From NCBI GenBank assembly GCA_019414325.1, contig DXMG01000003.1, forward strand, positions 28,271 to 92,270: 64,000 bases of DNA, in the 5' to 3' direction. The position numbers and the translations under genes were made by a program. Positions 54,327 through 64,000 of the stretch are shown piece by piece (the first letter of the stretch is position 1; each line of letters begins with the position of its first letter). Source of the stretch: Collinsella sp. Its GTDB lineage: Bacteria > Actinomycetota > Coriobacteriia > Coriobacteriales > Coriobacteriaceae. The notes below the pieces were generated by a model. The model did no database searches, was not told where the DNA came from, and saw only the letters and a program-made list of their open reading frames with translations.

Positions 54327-55514
54327 ATGTTCAACACCATTATCATTACGGTCAAGACGCTGCTGCGCCGACCGAGTACGTGGGTCTGGGGCGCTCTCTT
54401 TCCCATCGCGCTTTCCACGATGTTCATGTTTATGTTTGCGAATCTGAGCTCCGACGGCACGGTCGACCCGGTGCCGGTTGCCGTCATAGCGGACGAGGCC
54501 TGGGACGCCTCGACCTTTAAGGACGTGGCGACGTCGCTTGCCAAGGAGAGCGACGATCAGCTGCTCGAGATCCACGAGTGCGACGACGCAGCCGATGCGA
54601 ACCGTGCGCTTAAGGCCGGCGAGGTCGCGGGCATCTATACGGTCGACGACGCGGGCGCACCCAAGCTCACGTTGCTGTCGAGCTACGACAGCTCGCGTGC
54701 GTCGTCGGTGCTCACCGACCGCAGCATTTTGGAGACGGTGGCAAGCTCGTATACACAAAATGCCGAGCTCATGTCCCAGATTGCCCAGGACAACCCGGCG
54801 GCGCTCGCCGACCCGGAGGCGGTTGCGCGCGCCCTGTCGCTCGAGGGCAGTACCCGCCGCGTAAGCCTGACACGCACCACACCCGATGGCACGGTCATCT
54901 ACTATTACGCGCTCTTTGGCCTGGTCGCGATGATGTCTGCCGAGTTTGCCGCCTTGAGCGTCGTCGATCTGCAGCCCAATCTGTCGGGCCTTGGCGCGCG
55001 TCGCTGCGTGGGCGGCCTTTCCAAGACGGCGTCGCTGGCCGGCATCTTTGTCGGCTCGTGGCTGGTTTCCTTCGCCTCGATGGCGATCGCAATCGGCTAC
55101 GTGTGCCTGGTCGTGGGCGTCGACTTTGGCGGGCGCGAGGGGCTGTGTCTGGTGGGCGGCGCCGCTTCCGCGCTTGCCGCCACGGGCCTGGGACTCTTTG
55201 TGGGCACACTTCCCGTTAAGGGCGGCAAGGCGTCCAAGTCCGGCATCCTCACGGGCTTTGCTACCACGTGCGCCCTGTTCGCCGGCCTCTACGGCGAGCC
55301 GGCGATGGCGCTTGCCGACGACGTCGCCCGCGCCTGCCCGGCCGAGTGCTGGTTCAACCCCGTCAAGCTCATCTGCGACATGTTCAATCGCCTGTATTTC
55401 TTTGAGGACCTGGGGCCCTTCGCTGTTCGCGCGGGCGCGCTCGTCCTGATGGCCCTGGTGTTTGTCGCCGCCGCTACGCTGATCTTTGGAAGGAGCCGCT
55501 ATGAGCACCTTTAA
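54327..55514 (+). CDS. ABC-2 family permease
   Basis: 395 aa: N-terminal TM, a large extracytoplasmic loop, then about 5 TM helices. Confidence 0.75.
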   Translation: MFNTIIITVKTLLRRPSTWVWGALFPIALSTMFMFMFANLSSDGTVDPVPVAVIADEAWDASTFKDVATSLAKESDDQLLEIHECDDAADANRALKAGEVAGIYTVDDAGAPKLTLLSSYDSSRASSVLTDRSILETVASSYTQNAELMSQIAQDNPAALADPEAVARALSLEGSTRRVSLTRTTPDGTVIYYYALFGLVAMMSAEFAALSVVDLQPNLSGLGARRCVGGLSKTASLAGIFVGSWLVSFASMAIAIGYVCLVVGVDFGGREGLCLVGGAASALAATGLGLFVGTLPVKGGKASKSGILTGFATTCALFAGLYGEPAMALADDVARACPAECWFNPVKLICDMFNRLYFFEDLGPFAVRAGALVLMALVFVAAATLIFGRSRYEHL

Positions 55515-56706
55515 GACCGCGCTTCGCATGGCGCTGGCGCACCCGTTCTACCTGCTCATCTATACGGTGTTCATCTCGCTCATGGGCGTATTCATCGCGG
55601 CATCGGTGAGCTGGGACTCGTCGCAGCTCACCGAGTACAAGCCCTACGATGCCAACGTGATCGTGGTCGACCGCGACGACAGCGACCTTTCGCGTGCGCT
55701 TACCAAGCATCTGGGTTCGCGTTTTGAGCTGGTCACGGGCATCGGCGACGATACGTACGACCTTGCGGACGCGCTCTCCAAGAGCAACAGCGCCAAGGGC
55801 AGCGCCGACTGCGGGTTCTTTATCCCGGAGGGGTTCGAGGACGACCTGGTCGCGGCTGCCCGCGCGGGGGAGTCCCTGCCCAAGCTCGATGTGACCTACG
55901 GCGCCGGCACCATGGCGGCGGCGCTTTCGTCTGCCGAAGCCTCGCGCTGGATCTCGCTCGCGGGCGCTGCGGCGGCGCTTGAGCCCGCCGCCTCTAACGG
56001 CAGCGTCGCCAAGGCCGCCGAGCATGCCGCTGCAAAGCGCGCGGAGGTCCAGATCGAGCAGGTCAAGGTCGACTCGACTGCTGCTGCCACGCTCGAGTAG
56101 TACTTCAACTTTGGCGCGTACGCGATTATCTCGTCGGTCATCGTGTCGGTGGGATTGGTGTTCTCGGGCATGAACGAGCCCGAGCGCGTGCGCCGCATGG
56201 AGGCCGGCCCGGTCTCCGAGTGCCAGCGTTCACTTGCCGTGTTCGCGGCTGCCGCGGTGCTCACCGTCTGCATCTGGCTCGTGTCGAGCATGATGGGCGT
56301 CGTGGGCTTTGCCAGCGCGGTTGCCGAGGTCGGCGTGGGCCGTGTGTGCCTGGCACTGGCGGCGACGTTTGCCCTGGCGTGCACGCCGCTGGCCGTTGGC
56401 TTTGCCCTTTCGAGCCTGGGTGCGCGCGAGGAGCTGCTCAATGGCGTGGGCAACTTACTCGGCATGCTCATGACGTTTTTGGGCGGCGCCTGGATGCCGC
56501 TGTCGCTCATGGGTCCGGCCGTGCAGACCGTGGCGCACTTTGTGCCGACATATTGGGTGAACGACGCGATCGGCAAGGCGCTCGCCGCGGACCTGACGCC
56601 CACCGTGCTGGGCGACATCGCCTGCGACCTGGGCGTCACCGTGCTCTTCGCCGCCGCCATTGCCGCCGTAGGCCTGGCCCTCTCACGCGCCAAATCCCGC
56701 GCCTAG
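55501..56706 (+). pseudogene. ABC-2 family permease paralogue interrupted by one in-frame TAG (56098-56100)
   Basis: ORFs 55486..56100 and 56143..56706 are in the same frame. Translating across the TAG continues directly into a TM helix (YFNFGAYAIISSVIVSVGLVF). Joined length is 401 aa, close to the 395-aa paralogue. Confidence 0.6.
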
Positions 56707-56787
56707 TCTGAAATAAATCCTAGGCCTCGCCCCAAAATAGTTCGCCAAGGTTTACTATTACGTTCATAAAGTAGTACGAGGCTAACA

Positions 56788-57513
<726 letters not shown>

Positions 57514-57521
57514 GCGGCGCC

Positions 57522-60188
57522 ATGACACCTCTCGCAAAACGTCTCCCGCGCGAGCTGCGCCGCAATATCGGCAAGTACCTGGGCATCTTTTTGCTTATGT
57601 GCGGAAGCATCGCCCTTACCTCGGGCTTTTTGCTCGCGGCGCATTCCATCGGTTGCCTTATCGACGACATGCGCGACGACTACACGATTGAGGACGGCCG
57701 CGTGACCACCTCCTTCGAGGCTACCGACGAGCAGCTCAAGGCCGCCGAGGACGCGGCCGACGACGTCGGCGGCGTCACGCTCTACAAGAATTTCTCCATC
57801 GACGCCATCATCAAAAAGGCGTTCGGCGACGACGGCACCAAGCGCACACTACGCACCTATGCGCACCGCACCAAGGTCGATATCGCGTCCTACTGTGAGG
57901 GCAAGGAACCCAAGGCGGATGACGAGGTGGCCATCGACCGTGTCTTTGCCACCAATAACAACCTGTCCGTGGGTGATAAAGTCGAGCTCGAGGGTCGCAC
58001 CTACACCATTTGCGGCATCATGACCCAGCCCGATAGTCAGGCGCTGTTCCTCAACAATTCGGACTTTACGGTGAACACCATCACGTACGGCGTGGCCGAG
58101 GTCACCGATGGCGGCTTTGCCGCGCTCGAAGATGCCGGCGGCGCACCCGCCTACACCTACTCCTTCACCTTTACCGATCGCGACCTCCCCACCGCGGACC
58201 GCATCGACGCCGAGCAAGATATGGTCGAGGCACTGACCGACGCCGATGCGCGCGTGGACGATCTGACCGACGCCGATTCCAACCAGGGCATTGGCTACGC
58301 GCGCGACGACGTAGACGGCGACTCCATGATGTGGATGACGCTGCTCGACATCATCATCGTGATCATGGCGTTCGTCTTTGTGGTCCTTACCGACGCCACC
58401 ATCGAGGAGGAGAGCGCCATCATCGGCACGCTGCTCGCCAGCGGCTATCGTCGACGCGAGATCGTGCTGCACTACCTTGCGCTTCCCGCCATCGTGGGCG
58501 TGGTCGCGGCGCTTTTGGGCACTGCGCTCGGCGTCGTGTTCTTTACCGAGCCCATGCGCAGCCTCTATTACGGCTCGTACAGCCTGCCGCCCTTCCAGGT
58601 GTACTGGAGCTGGGAGATCTTTGTGAAGTGCGCCGTGGTTCCCGCCGCCGCGCTCGTCCTCATCACGCTGGTGGGTCTGCTTCGCAAGATGGGCAAGACG
58701 CCGTTGCAGTTCCTTCGTCACGAGTCGAGCGGCAAATCGGGCACCAAGCGCGGCCTGCGGCTGCCGGAGCGCATGGGCTTTGTCTCGCGCTTCCGCTTGC
58801 GTATCTTCCTGCGCAATCTGGGCAACTTCGCCACACTCTTCGTGGGCATTGCATTTGCGTCGCTACTGCTGCTCTTTGGCCTGGCGATTCTGCCCACGAT
58901 GACGCACTATGCGGACAACCTCGAGACAAGCCTGGTCGCCGAGCACCAGTACACGCTCAAGGCGCCGTTGGAGCTCGAGGGCACTGCCGAGGAGCGCGAG
59001 CAGTGGTCGGCACTCGAGCGCTTGCAGTCGGTTGACGGCGCGCTGCTTTCCGCCACTCAGGATGCCGATGACGAGCTTGACGACGCGGCCGATGCGGCGC
59101 GGGCGGCAGCCGATGCCGCGACCGCATCTCCGTCTGCCGAGAGCCTGGCCGCGGCGCAGGACGCGCTCGCCAAGGTCCAGGACAAGAAGAATGCGCTCTA
59201 CGCGCGCCTTGACGATCTTGCCGATGCCCTCGGCTGCGATCGCGATGAGGCCATCGACCTGATCGATAAGGCCTCTAAGATTGACACCGACAACGACGAT
59301 ATCCACCCGGTCAATACGATCGACAATGGTGCAGGCGCAATTGCGCAAGCCGAGAAATACGCCGTCTACCAGCTGCAATACGACCGCGGCGATGGAAATG
59401 GCGAGGAGACGATTTCCGTCTACGGCATCTCGCCCGATTCGCGCTACTGGAAAGGGCTGGACGTCGGCAACGGACGCGTCGTCTTTGGCGGTGGCTTGCT
59501 CGACAAGTTTGGCTGGAGCGAGGGTCAGAAGGTTAAGCTTCGCGACAAGTACGAGGGCAAGAATTATTCCTTTGAGTACGTGGGCAAGGACTGTGCCTGG
59601 GGCTCCAAGTCGGACATGAATATCTATATGAGTATCGAAGACTTTAACGAGCTGTTCGACAACGACGCCGCCTACTTTAACGGCTATGTGAGCGACGAGA
59701 AGCTCGACCTCGACGCGCGCTACTTTGCCGGCGACACCACGCCCGACGACATGCGCGCCGTGGGCGACCAGTTCATCGGCATGATGAGCAAAATGATCGG
59801 CATGATGGTCGGGCTCGCGGTGTTTATCTTCCTGCTGTTTATGTACCTGCTGACCAAGGCTGTGATCGACCACAGCGCCCGTTCGATTAGCTACATGAAG
59901 GTCTTTGGCTATCGCGATGGCGAGATCTCGCATCTGTACATCCGCTCGATCACGCTGTGCGTGGTGGCGTCGCTCGTGCTGAGCCTGCCGGTCATTATTG
60001 GCTCGCTCACGGCCATCTTCCGCTCGATGTTGCTCGCCTACAACGGCAATATCGAGATCTACGTGCCCGCTTGGTCCATGGCGGCGTGCACAGGAATCGG
60101 CTTTGCGACCTACCTGGTCGTGGCACTGCTGCACACGCGCTCCATCAAGCGCGTCAGCTTGGCCGAAGCCCTCAAAGTGCAGGAGTAG
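57522..60188 (+). CDS. large FtsX-family ABC permease with two FtsX modules and big extracytoplasmic domains
   Basis: ATG at 57522, after the ATPase stop. N-terminal TM, a MacB-like periplasmic-type domain, TM bundles around residues 290-480 and 770-885, and an Asp/Ala-rich insert. Confidence 0.8.
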   Translation: MTPLAKRLPRELRRNIGKYLGIFLLMCGSIALTSGFLLAAHSIGCLIDDMRDDYTIEDGRVTTSFEATDEQLKAAEDAADDVGGVTLYKNFSIDAIIKKAFGDDGTKRTLRTYAHRTKVDIASYCEGKEPKADDEVAIDRVFATNNNLSVGDKVELEGRTYTICGIMTQPDSQALFLNNSDFTVNTITYGVAEVTDGGFAALEDAGGAPAYTYSFTFTDRDLPTADRIDAEQDMVEALTDADARVDDLTDADSNQGIGYARDDVDGDSMMWMTLLDIIIVIMAFVFVVLTDATIEEESAIIGTLLASGYRRREIVLHYLALPAIVGVVAALLGTALGVVFFTEPMRSLYYGSYSLPPFQVYWSWEIFVKCAVVPAAALVLITLVGLLRKMGKTPLQFLRHESSGKSGTKRGLRLPERMGFVSRFRLRIFLRNLGNFATLFVGIAFASLLLLFGLAILPTMTHYADNLETSLVAEHQYTLKAPLELEGTAEEREQWSALERLQSVDGALLSATQDADDELDDAADAARAAADAATASPSAESLAAAQDALAKVQDKKNALYARLDDLADALGCDRDEAIDLIDKASKIDTDNDDIHPVNTIDNGAGAIAQAEKYAVYQLQYDRGDGNGEETISVYGISPDSRYWKGLDVGNGRVVFGGGLLDKFGWSEGQKVKLRDKYEGKNYSFEYVGKDCAWGSKSDMNIYMSIEDFNELFDNDAAYFNGYVSDEKLDLDARYFAGDTTPDDMRAVGDQFIGMMSKMIGMMVGLAVFIFLLFMYLLTKAVIDHSARSISYMKVFGYRDGEISHLYIRSITLCVVASLVLSLPVIIGSLTAIFRSMLLAYNGNIEIYVPAWSMAACTGIGFATYLVVALLHTRSIKRVSLAEALKVQE

Positions 60189-60194
60189 CCATCG

Positions 60195-60247
60195 GGGACA
60201 GTCCTTGCCATTCGTCGGCTCGCCGGCCGGCTGGCAAGGACTGTCCC
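60195..60247. repeat. 16-bp perfect inverted repeat GGGACAGTCCTTGCCA / TGGCAAGGACTGTCCC
   Basis: Begins 7 nt after the FtsX permease stop, with a 21-nt GC-rich loop. Confidence 0.8.
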
Positions 60248-60282
60248 TAACTGCCGGGCGGCGAAAGAGTGTCCCTTGCGAC

Positions 60283-60311
60283 TACTCATTTAAGAACGTC
60301 CCCAATGACTA
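60283..60311 (+). repeat. GTCCCC-loop hairpin (stem TACTCATT/AATGACTA)
   Basis: TACTCATT-TAAGAACGTCCCC-AATGACTA followed by GGTG. Lies about 84 nt upstream of the DUF362 gene. Confidence 0.7.
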
Positions 60312-60394
60312 GGTGCCGTACTTGACTTTAACTCTGCTTTAACTGGTACCATCCTCTATGTCTGTAACGCCATATAGACCGAGGGGATAGATTT

Positions 60395-61600
60395 ATGACC
60401 GCAACTGCACCCGCAGCACCCGCCAAGGTGTACTTCACCAACCTGCGCACGCATGCTCGCGAGAGCCAGCTCGACAAGCTCAAGCGCCTCATCCGCCGCG
60501 CCGGAATTGAGCAGATCGACTTTGAGAACAAGTTCGTCGCCATCAAGATTCACTTTGGCGAGCTGGGCAACCTGAGCTTTTTGCGCCCCAACTACGCCCG
60601 CGCCGTCGCGGATGTCGTGAAGGAGCTGGGCGGCAAGCCCTTCCTCACCGACTGCAATACGCTCTATGTGGGTAGCCGCAAAAACGCGCTCGAGCACATC
60701 GACACCGCCTACCAGAACGGCTTTACCCCGTATGCCACGGGTTGCCAGATCATCATCGCCGACGGCCTCAAGGGCACCGACGAAGCGCTCGTCCCGGTCG
60801 AGGGCGGCGAGTACGTGCACGAGGCCAAGATCGGTCAGGCGCTCATGGATGCCGATATCGTGATTAGCCTCACCCACTTTAAGGGCCATGAGCAAGCCGG
60901 CTTTGGCGGCGCCATGAAGAACCTGGGTATGGGAGGCGGCAGCCGTGCCGGCAAGATGGAGCAGCATGCCGCCGGCAAGCCGAACGTCTCGACCGAGCAC
61001 TGCGTTGGCTGCCGTGCCTGCGAAAAGATCTGCGCGCACAACGCTGTCTCGTTCACCGACACCCGCGAGCGCGAGCTTGCCAACGGCGCTACTCGCACGG
61101 TGCACGTGGCTGCCATCGACCACGATCGCTGCGTGGGCTGCGGACGCTGCATTGCGGCATGCAACCAGGACTGCATCAAGCCCGGCTATGAGGCCGCGGC
61201 AGACGTGCTCAACTGCAAGATCGCCGAGTACACCAAGGCCGTCGTCGACGGCCGCCCGAGCTTCCACATCTCGCTCGCCATGGATATCAGCCCCAACTGC
61301 GATTGCCATCCCGAAAACGACACGCCTATCGTCAACGATATCGGCATGTTCGCGAGCTTCGACCCGGTCGCCATCGACCAGGCCTGCGCCGATGCCGTCA
61401 TGGCATCCGAGCCGCTGCCCAACACCGAGCTCACCGACAGCGCGGCCAAGATGGAGCACAATCACGAGCATCTGGAGGGCGAGCAGGCGCGTGATCCCTT
61501 CTGCATCACGCATCCCGACACCGACTGGCGCGCGTGCATCGCGCACGCCGAAAAGATCGGCCTGGGCACGAGCGAGTACGAGCTCATCGAGGTCAAGTAG
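60395..61600 (+). CDS. DUF362 domain protein with inserted 2x[4Fe-4S] ferredoxin module
   Basis: CVGCRACEKIC and CVGCGRCIAAC motifs inside a DUF362-like scaffold (KIHFGELGN, SLTHFKGHE). Confidence 0.75.
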   Translation: MTATAPAAPAKVYFTNLRTHARESQLDKLKRLIRRAGIEQIDFENKFVAIKIHFGELGNLSFLRPNYARAVADVVKELGGKPFLTDCNTLYVGSRKNALEHIDTAYQNGFTPYATGCQIIIADGLKGTDEALVPVEGGEYVHEAKIGQALMDADIVISLTHFKGHEQAGFGGAMKNLGMGGGSRAGKMEQHAAGKPNVSTEHCVGCRACEKICAHNAVSFTDTRERELANGATRTVHVAAIDHDRCVGCGRCIAACNQDCIKPGYEAAADVLNCKIAEYTKAVVDGRPSFHISLAMDISPNCDCHPENDTPIVNDIGMFASFDPVAIDQACADAVMASEPLPNTELTDSAAKMEHNHEHLEGEQARDPFCITHPDTDWRACIAHAEKIGLGTSEYELIEVK

Positions 61601-61764
61601 CGTCTAACTATTGGACAAAATAAGAGCCTTTGTAGCGTAAGTTGAGCAAAAGCCGCCCACGAGCACAACGCTCGCGGGCGGCTTTTCGGAAGTGCGGTGA
61701 AAAAACGAATACCGCCGACCGCAAACCGATTTTTGGCAACAAAACCCCAGACGTTGCTTTTTGC

Positions 61765-62730
61765 CTAAAAATTCTTGTCGAGGAAGTCATCGACCGTATT
61801 CCAGTAGAGCTCGGGGTCAACTTGCGCACTCTTGGCGTGGGTGGCGCCATGGATAGTGAGCTTTTGCTTGACCTTGCTGGCGCATGCGTCGTAGTTTTGG
61901 TCGAGCATGTCGTACGGCACAAAGGTGTCTTGGTCGCCGTGGATAAACAGCATGGGAACCGTCGCGTGTTTGAGTTGCTCCACACTGCTCGCCTTATGAA
62001 AGTCGTAGCCCGCGCGCACGTTGCACACCAAGTTTGCTACATCGAGCAAGGGAAAGCTGGGCAGGCCGAACACGTCCTTGAGCTGCAGAGAAAACTCGTC
62101 CCAAAGACTCGTATAACCGCAGTCCTCGATAATGCATTTCACGTTTGCGGGCAGAGACTCCCCCGCGACGTTCATGGCGGTTGCCGCACCCATCGACTCG
62201 CCAAAGACCAGGATGCGTGCCTCGGGGTCAGCCTGAACGATTCGCTCAATCCATGCGACGATGTCAAGGCGCTCGGGCCAGCCCATGCCGATATAGTCGC
62301 CGCCGGAGCGCTCGTGGGCGCGGGCGGCGGGTGCGAGTACGTTCATGCCGCGGTCGTGGAATCGCTTGACGTATCGGGCCATACCGATGGGCTCGTTGGT
62401 ATATCCATGCAGGCAGACGGCGTAGTCGTGCGTGCTCTCCGACGCAGCAAAATACCAGGCGGCAAGCTCGGTCCCGTCGTCCGCGGTGAGGCTGCTGCTC
62501 TCGCGGTTCTCTTTAAACCACGCCCGCGCCTCGGTTTCCTCGGCATCCATCTGCTCGCCCTTTTCGGCGTCCTTGCCGTCCTGCATCATCTTCATGGTGT
62601 ATGGCGCGCGGGGATTCAGCGCGAAGTCAAACAGAAAGTTGCCGGCAAATCCGAGCAGCGCAATGACAACCACCAGTGCAACGATGCCGGCTATCTTGAG
62701 CTTTCGATGGGAATGTGCGTTTTGAGCCAT
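61765..62730 (-). CDS. membrane-anchored alpha/beta hydrolase
   Basis: N-terminal TM helix (IAGIVALVVVIALLGF), nucleophile elbow GESMGA and C-terminal HG..D/H pattern (FIHGDQD, HGATH). Confidence 0.75.
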   Translation of the reverse strand: MAQNAHSHRKLKIAGIVALVVVIALLGFAGNFLFDFALNPRAPYTMKMMQDGKDAEKGEQMDAEETEARAWFKENRESSSLTADDGTELAAWYFAASESTHDYAVCLHGYTNEPIGMARYVKRFHDRGMNVLAPAARAHERSGGDYIGMGWPERLDIVAWIERIVQADPEARILVFGESMGAATAMNVAGESLPANVKCIIEDCGYTSLWDEFSLQLKDVFGLPSFPLLDVANLVCNVRAGYDFHKASSVEQLKHATVPMLFIHGDQDTFVPYDMLDQNYDACASKVKQKLTIHGATHAKSAQVDPELYWNTVDDFLDKNF

Positions 62731-62916
62731 GCGGTATTCTCCTATAAGATGTTAATGCATCAACATTTAATGCAAGCGCATTATGGACGTTCGCCGTTGA
62801 TGCGTCAACAGGCAAAGAATGGGTAAACAAAGGGTCACGTATGGTGCAAATTTCGCACGCACCCAGACGCTTTGATATAGTGTTGAGAACTCTTTACGTT
62901 GGAGGATGTAACCGGC

Positions 62917-63600
62917 ATGTCCGATTCGAGCGACAGTTCCAAGCCGCGACCCAAGGCCGCGGCCGTTCCGCACTACACGGTGGGCGAGGAGATCATGAAC
63001 TCCGTCACCCATGGTGTCGGCTGTCTGCTGGGTATCGCGGGCCTGGTGCTCCTGATCGTATTCGCTGCCCTGCGCGGCGGTGGCCCGGCCCACATGGCCG
63101 CGGCAATTGTCTATGGCGTCAGCATCATCCTCGAATACCTAGCCTCCACGCTCTACCATGCGATTCAACCCGCGCGCGCCAAGCGCGTGTTTCGCATCAT
63201 CGACCACAGCTGCATCTACCTGCTCATAGCCGGCAGCTATACGCCGTTTTGCCTCATCACGCTCGCAAACGACGGCGGCGCTGCGCTGTTCTTCGCCGTA
63301 TGGGCCATCGCCATTATCGGCATCGCCCTCGAGTGCTTTATGCGCGAGCGCCAGCCGCACTGGGTAAGCGGCCTGGTCTACCTGCTGATGGGCTGGCTCG
63401 TTGTCTTTAAGCTGCCCGAGCTCGTGTCGCTGCTCAACCCCGTGGCACTTGCCCTGCTCGCTGTCGGCGGCGTGTGCTATACCGTGGGCGTGCCGTTCTA
63501 CATCGCCAAAAACGTGCGCTATCTGCATAGTGTGTTTCACCTGTGGGTGCTCGCCGGCAGCATCTTCCAGTTCATGGCGGTGATTCTCTTCGTAATTTAG
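62917..63600 (+). CDS. hemolysin III / PAQR family membrane protein
   Basis: ATG at 62917 (the ORF track starts at an upstream TTG). EEIMNSVTHGVG, DHSCIYLLIAGSYTP and HLWVLAGS motifs, with 7 TM helices. Confidence 0.85.
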   Translation: MSDSSDSSKPRPKAAAVPHYTVGEEIMNSVTHGVGCLLGIAGLVLLIVFAALRGGGPAHMAAAIVYGVSIILEYLASTLYHAIQPARAKRVFRIIDHSCIYLLIAGSYTPFCLITLANDGGAALFFAVWAIAIIGIALECFMRERQPHWVSGLVYLLMGWLVVFKLPELVSLLNPVALALLAVGGVCYTVGVPFYIAKNVRYLHSVFHLWVLAGSIFQFMAVILFVI

Positions 63601-63710
63601 CGACCACGCCTGCGCGCCCGCGTCCTCGTTTGGGCGCCGGTGCAATTGCCGTATCCGTCATCAACGTTTTGACCTGACGTCCCGAATCTTGGAGGTTCGA
63701 GAAACTCCCG

Positions 63711-64000
63711 ATGGACATAACCATCTCCCTTATCACTACCCTCGTTTTGACCCTCATCAACGGCTACTTCTCTATGTCCGAGATGGCGCTCACCACGGCC
63801 AAGCGCGCCGTGCTGGAGCATGAGGCCGAGGAAGGCGACAAGCGCGCCGAGCGTGCCATTAAGCTGGCTGCCGACTCCGACCAGCTGCTCGCCACCATCC
63901 AGGTCGCCATCACGCTCGTGGGCTTCGCCTCGTCCGCCGTCGCCTCGACGAGCCTGTCCGACCCGCTCGCCACGTGGCTCATGAGCTTTGGCATCGCGCC
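63711..64000 (+). CDS. CNNM/DUF21-domain (TlyC/CorC-type) membrane protein, 5' part only (runs off the window)
   Basis: My own translation from the ATG at 63711: MDITISLITTLVLTLINGYFSMSEMALTTAKRAVLE ... LLATIQVAITLVGF, which is the typical DUF21 N-terminus. Not in the ORF track because no stop is reached. Confidence 0.7.
   Translation, partial: MDITISLITTLVLTLINGYFSMSEMALTTAKRAVLEHEAEEGDKRAERAIKLAADSDQLLATIQVAITLVGFASSAVASTSLSDPLATWLMSFGIA

Noticed and set aside
56098-56100. In-frame TAG as a pyrrolysine codon
   Set aside because: No pyl genes or methylamine methyltransferase context appear in the window, and the host protein is an ordinary ABC-2 permease. A nonsense mutation, sequencing error or split gene is far more likely.

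Overview
This looks like a high-G+C Gram-positive chromosomal segment. The Coriobacteriia/Collinsella-like assignment is inferred only from composition, sortase/LPxTG biology and gene content, and I have not verified it.

Most of the window is housekeeping:
- purF-purM-purN
- a PrsA-like foldase and a YqeY-family protein
- a polar amino-acid ABC importer
- NfnAB-like oxidoreductase
- the conserved glmU-prs-pth cluster
- an ECF transporter module (T, fused A1A2, S)
- xth, a sirtuin, a fused folP-folK and coaX
- an initiator tRNA-Met

Accessory content:
- a five-gene Ech-type (group 4) [NiFe]-hydrogenase with echA and echB fused
- a 2454-aa vWA/isopeptide-domain LPxTG adhesin
- a LuxR/HisKA_3 two-component system next to an ABC-2 exporter and a MacB/FtsX-type exporter
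- three singleton genes that look lower in G+C by eye: a DUF559-like endonuclease-domain protein, an AAA/DUF4143-type ATPase and an AlbA_2/Schlafen-like protein

The most unusual signal is non-coding. At least five unrelated families of palindromic or TIR-bounded short elements (41 nt to about 205 bp) sit exactly at the borders of the accessory genes:
- One family occurs as three copies around the AlbA_2 gene next to tRNA-fMet, together with a perfect 22-bp tandem array.
- One family brackets the adhesin gene, and one of its copies has its core inverted relative to conserved flanks.
- One family brackets an insertion that splits prs from pth.
- One 41-nt hairpin family brackets the ATPase gene.

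A further hairpin family has covarying stems and a conserved GTCCCC loop.

I found no CRISPR array, rRNA, integrase, complete IS or prophage. All homology calls come from motif recognition in the supplied translations, not from database searches.
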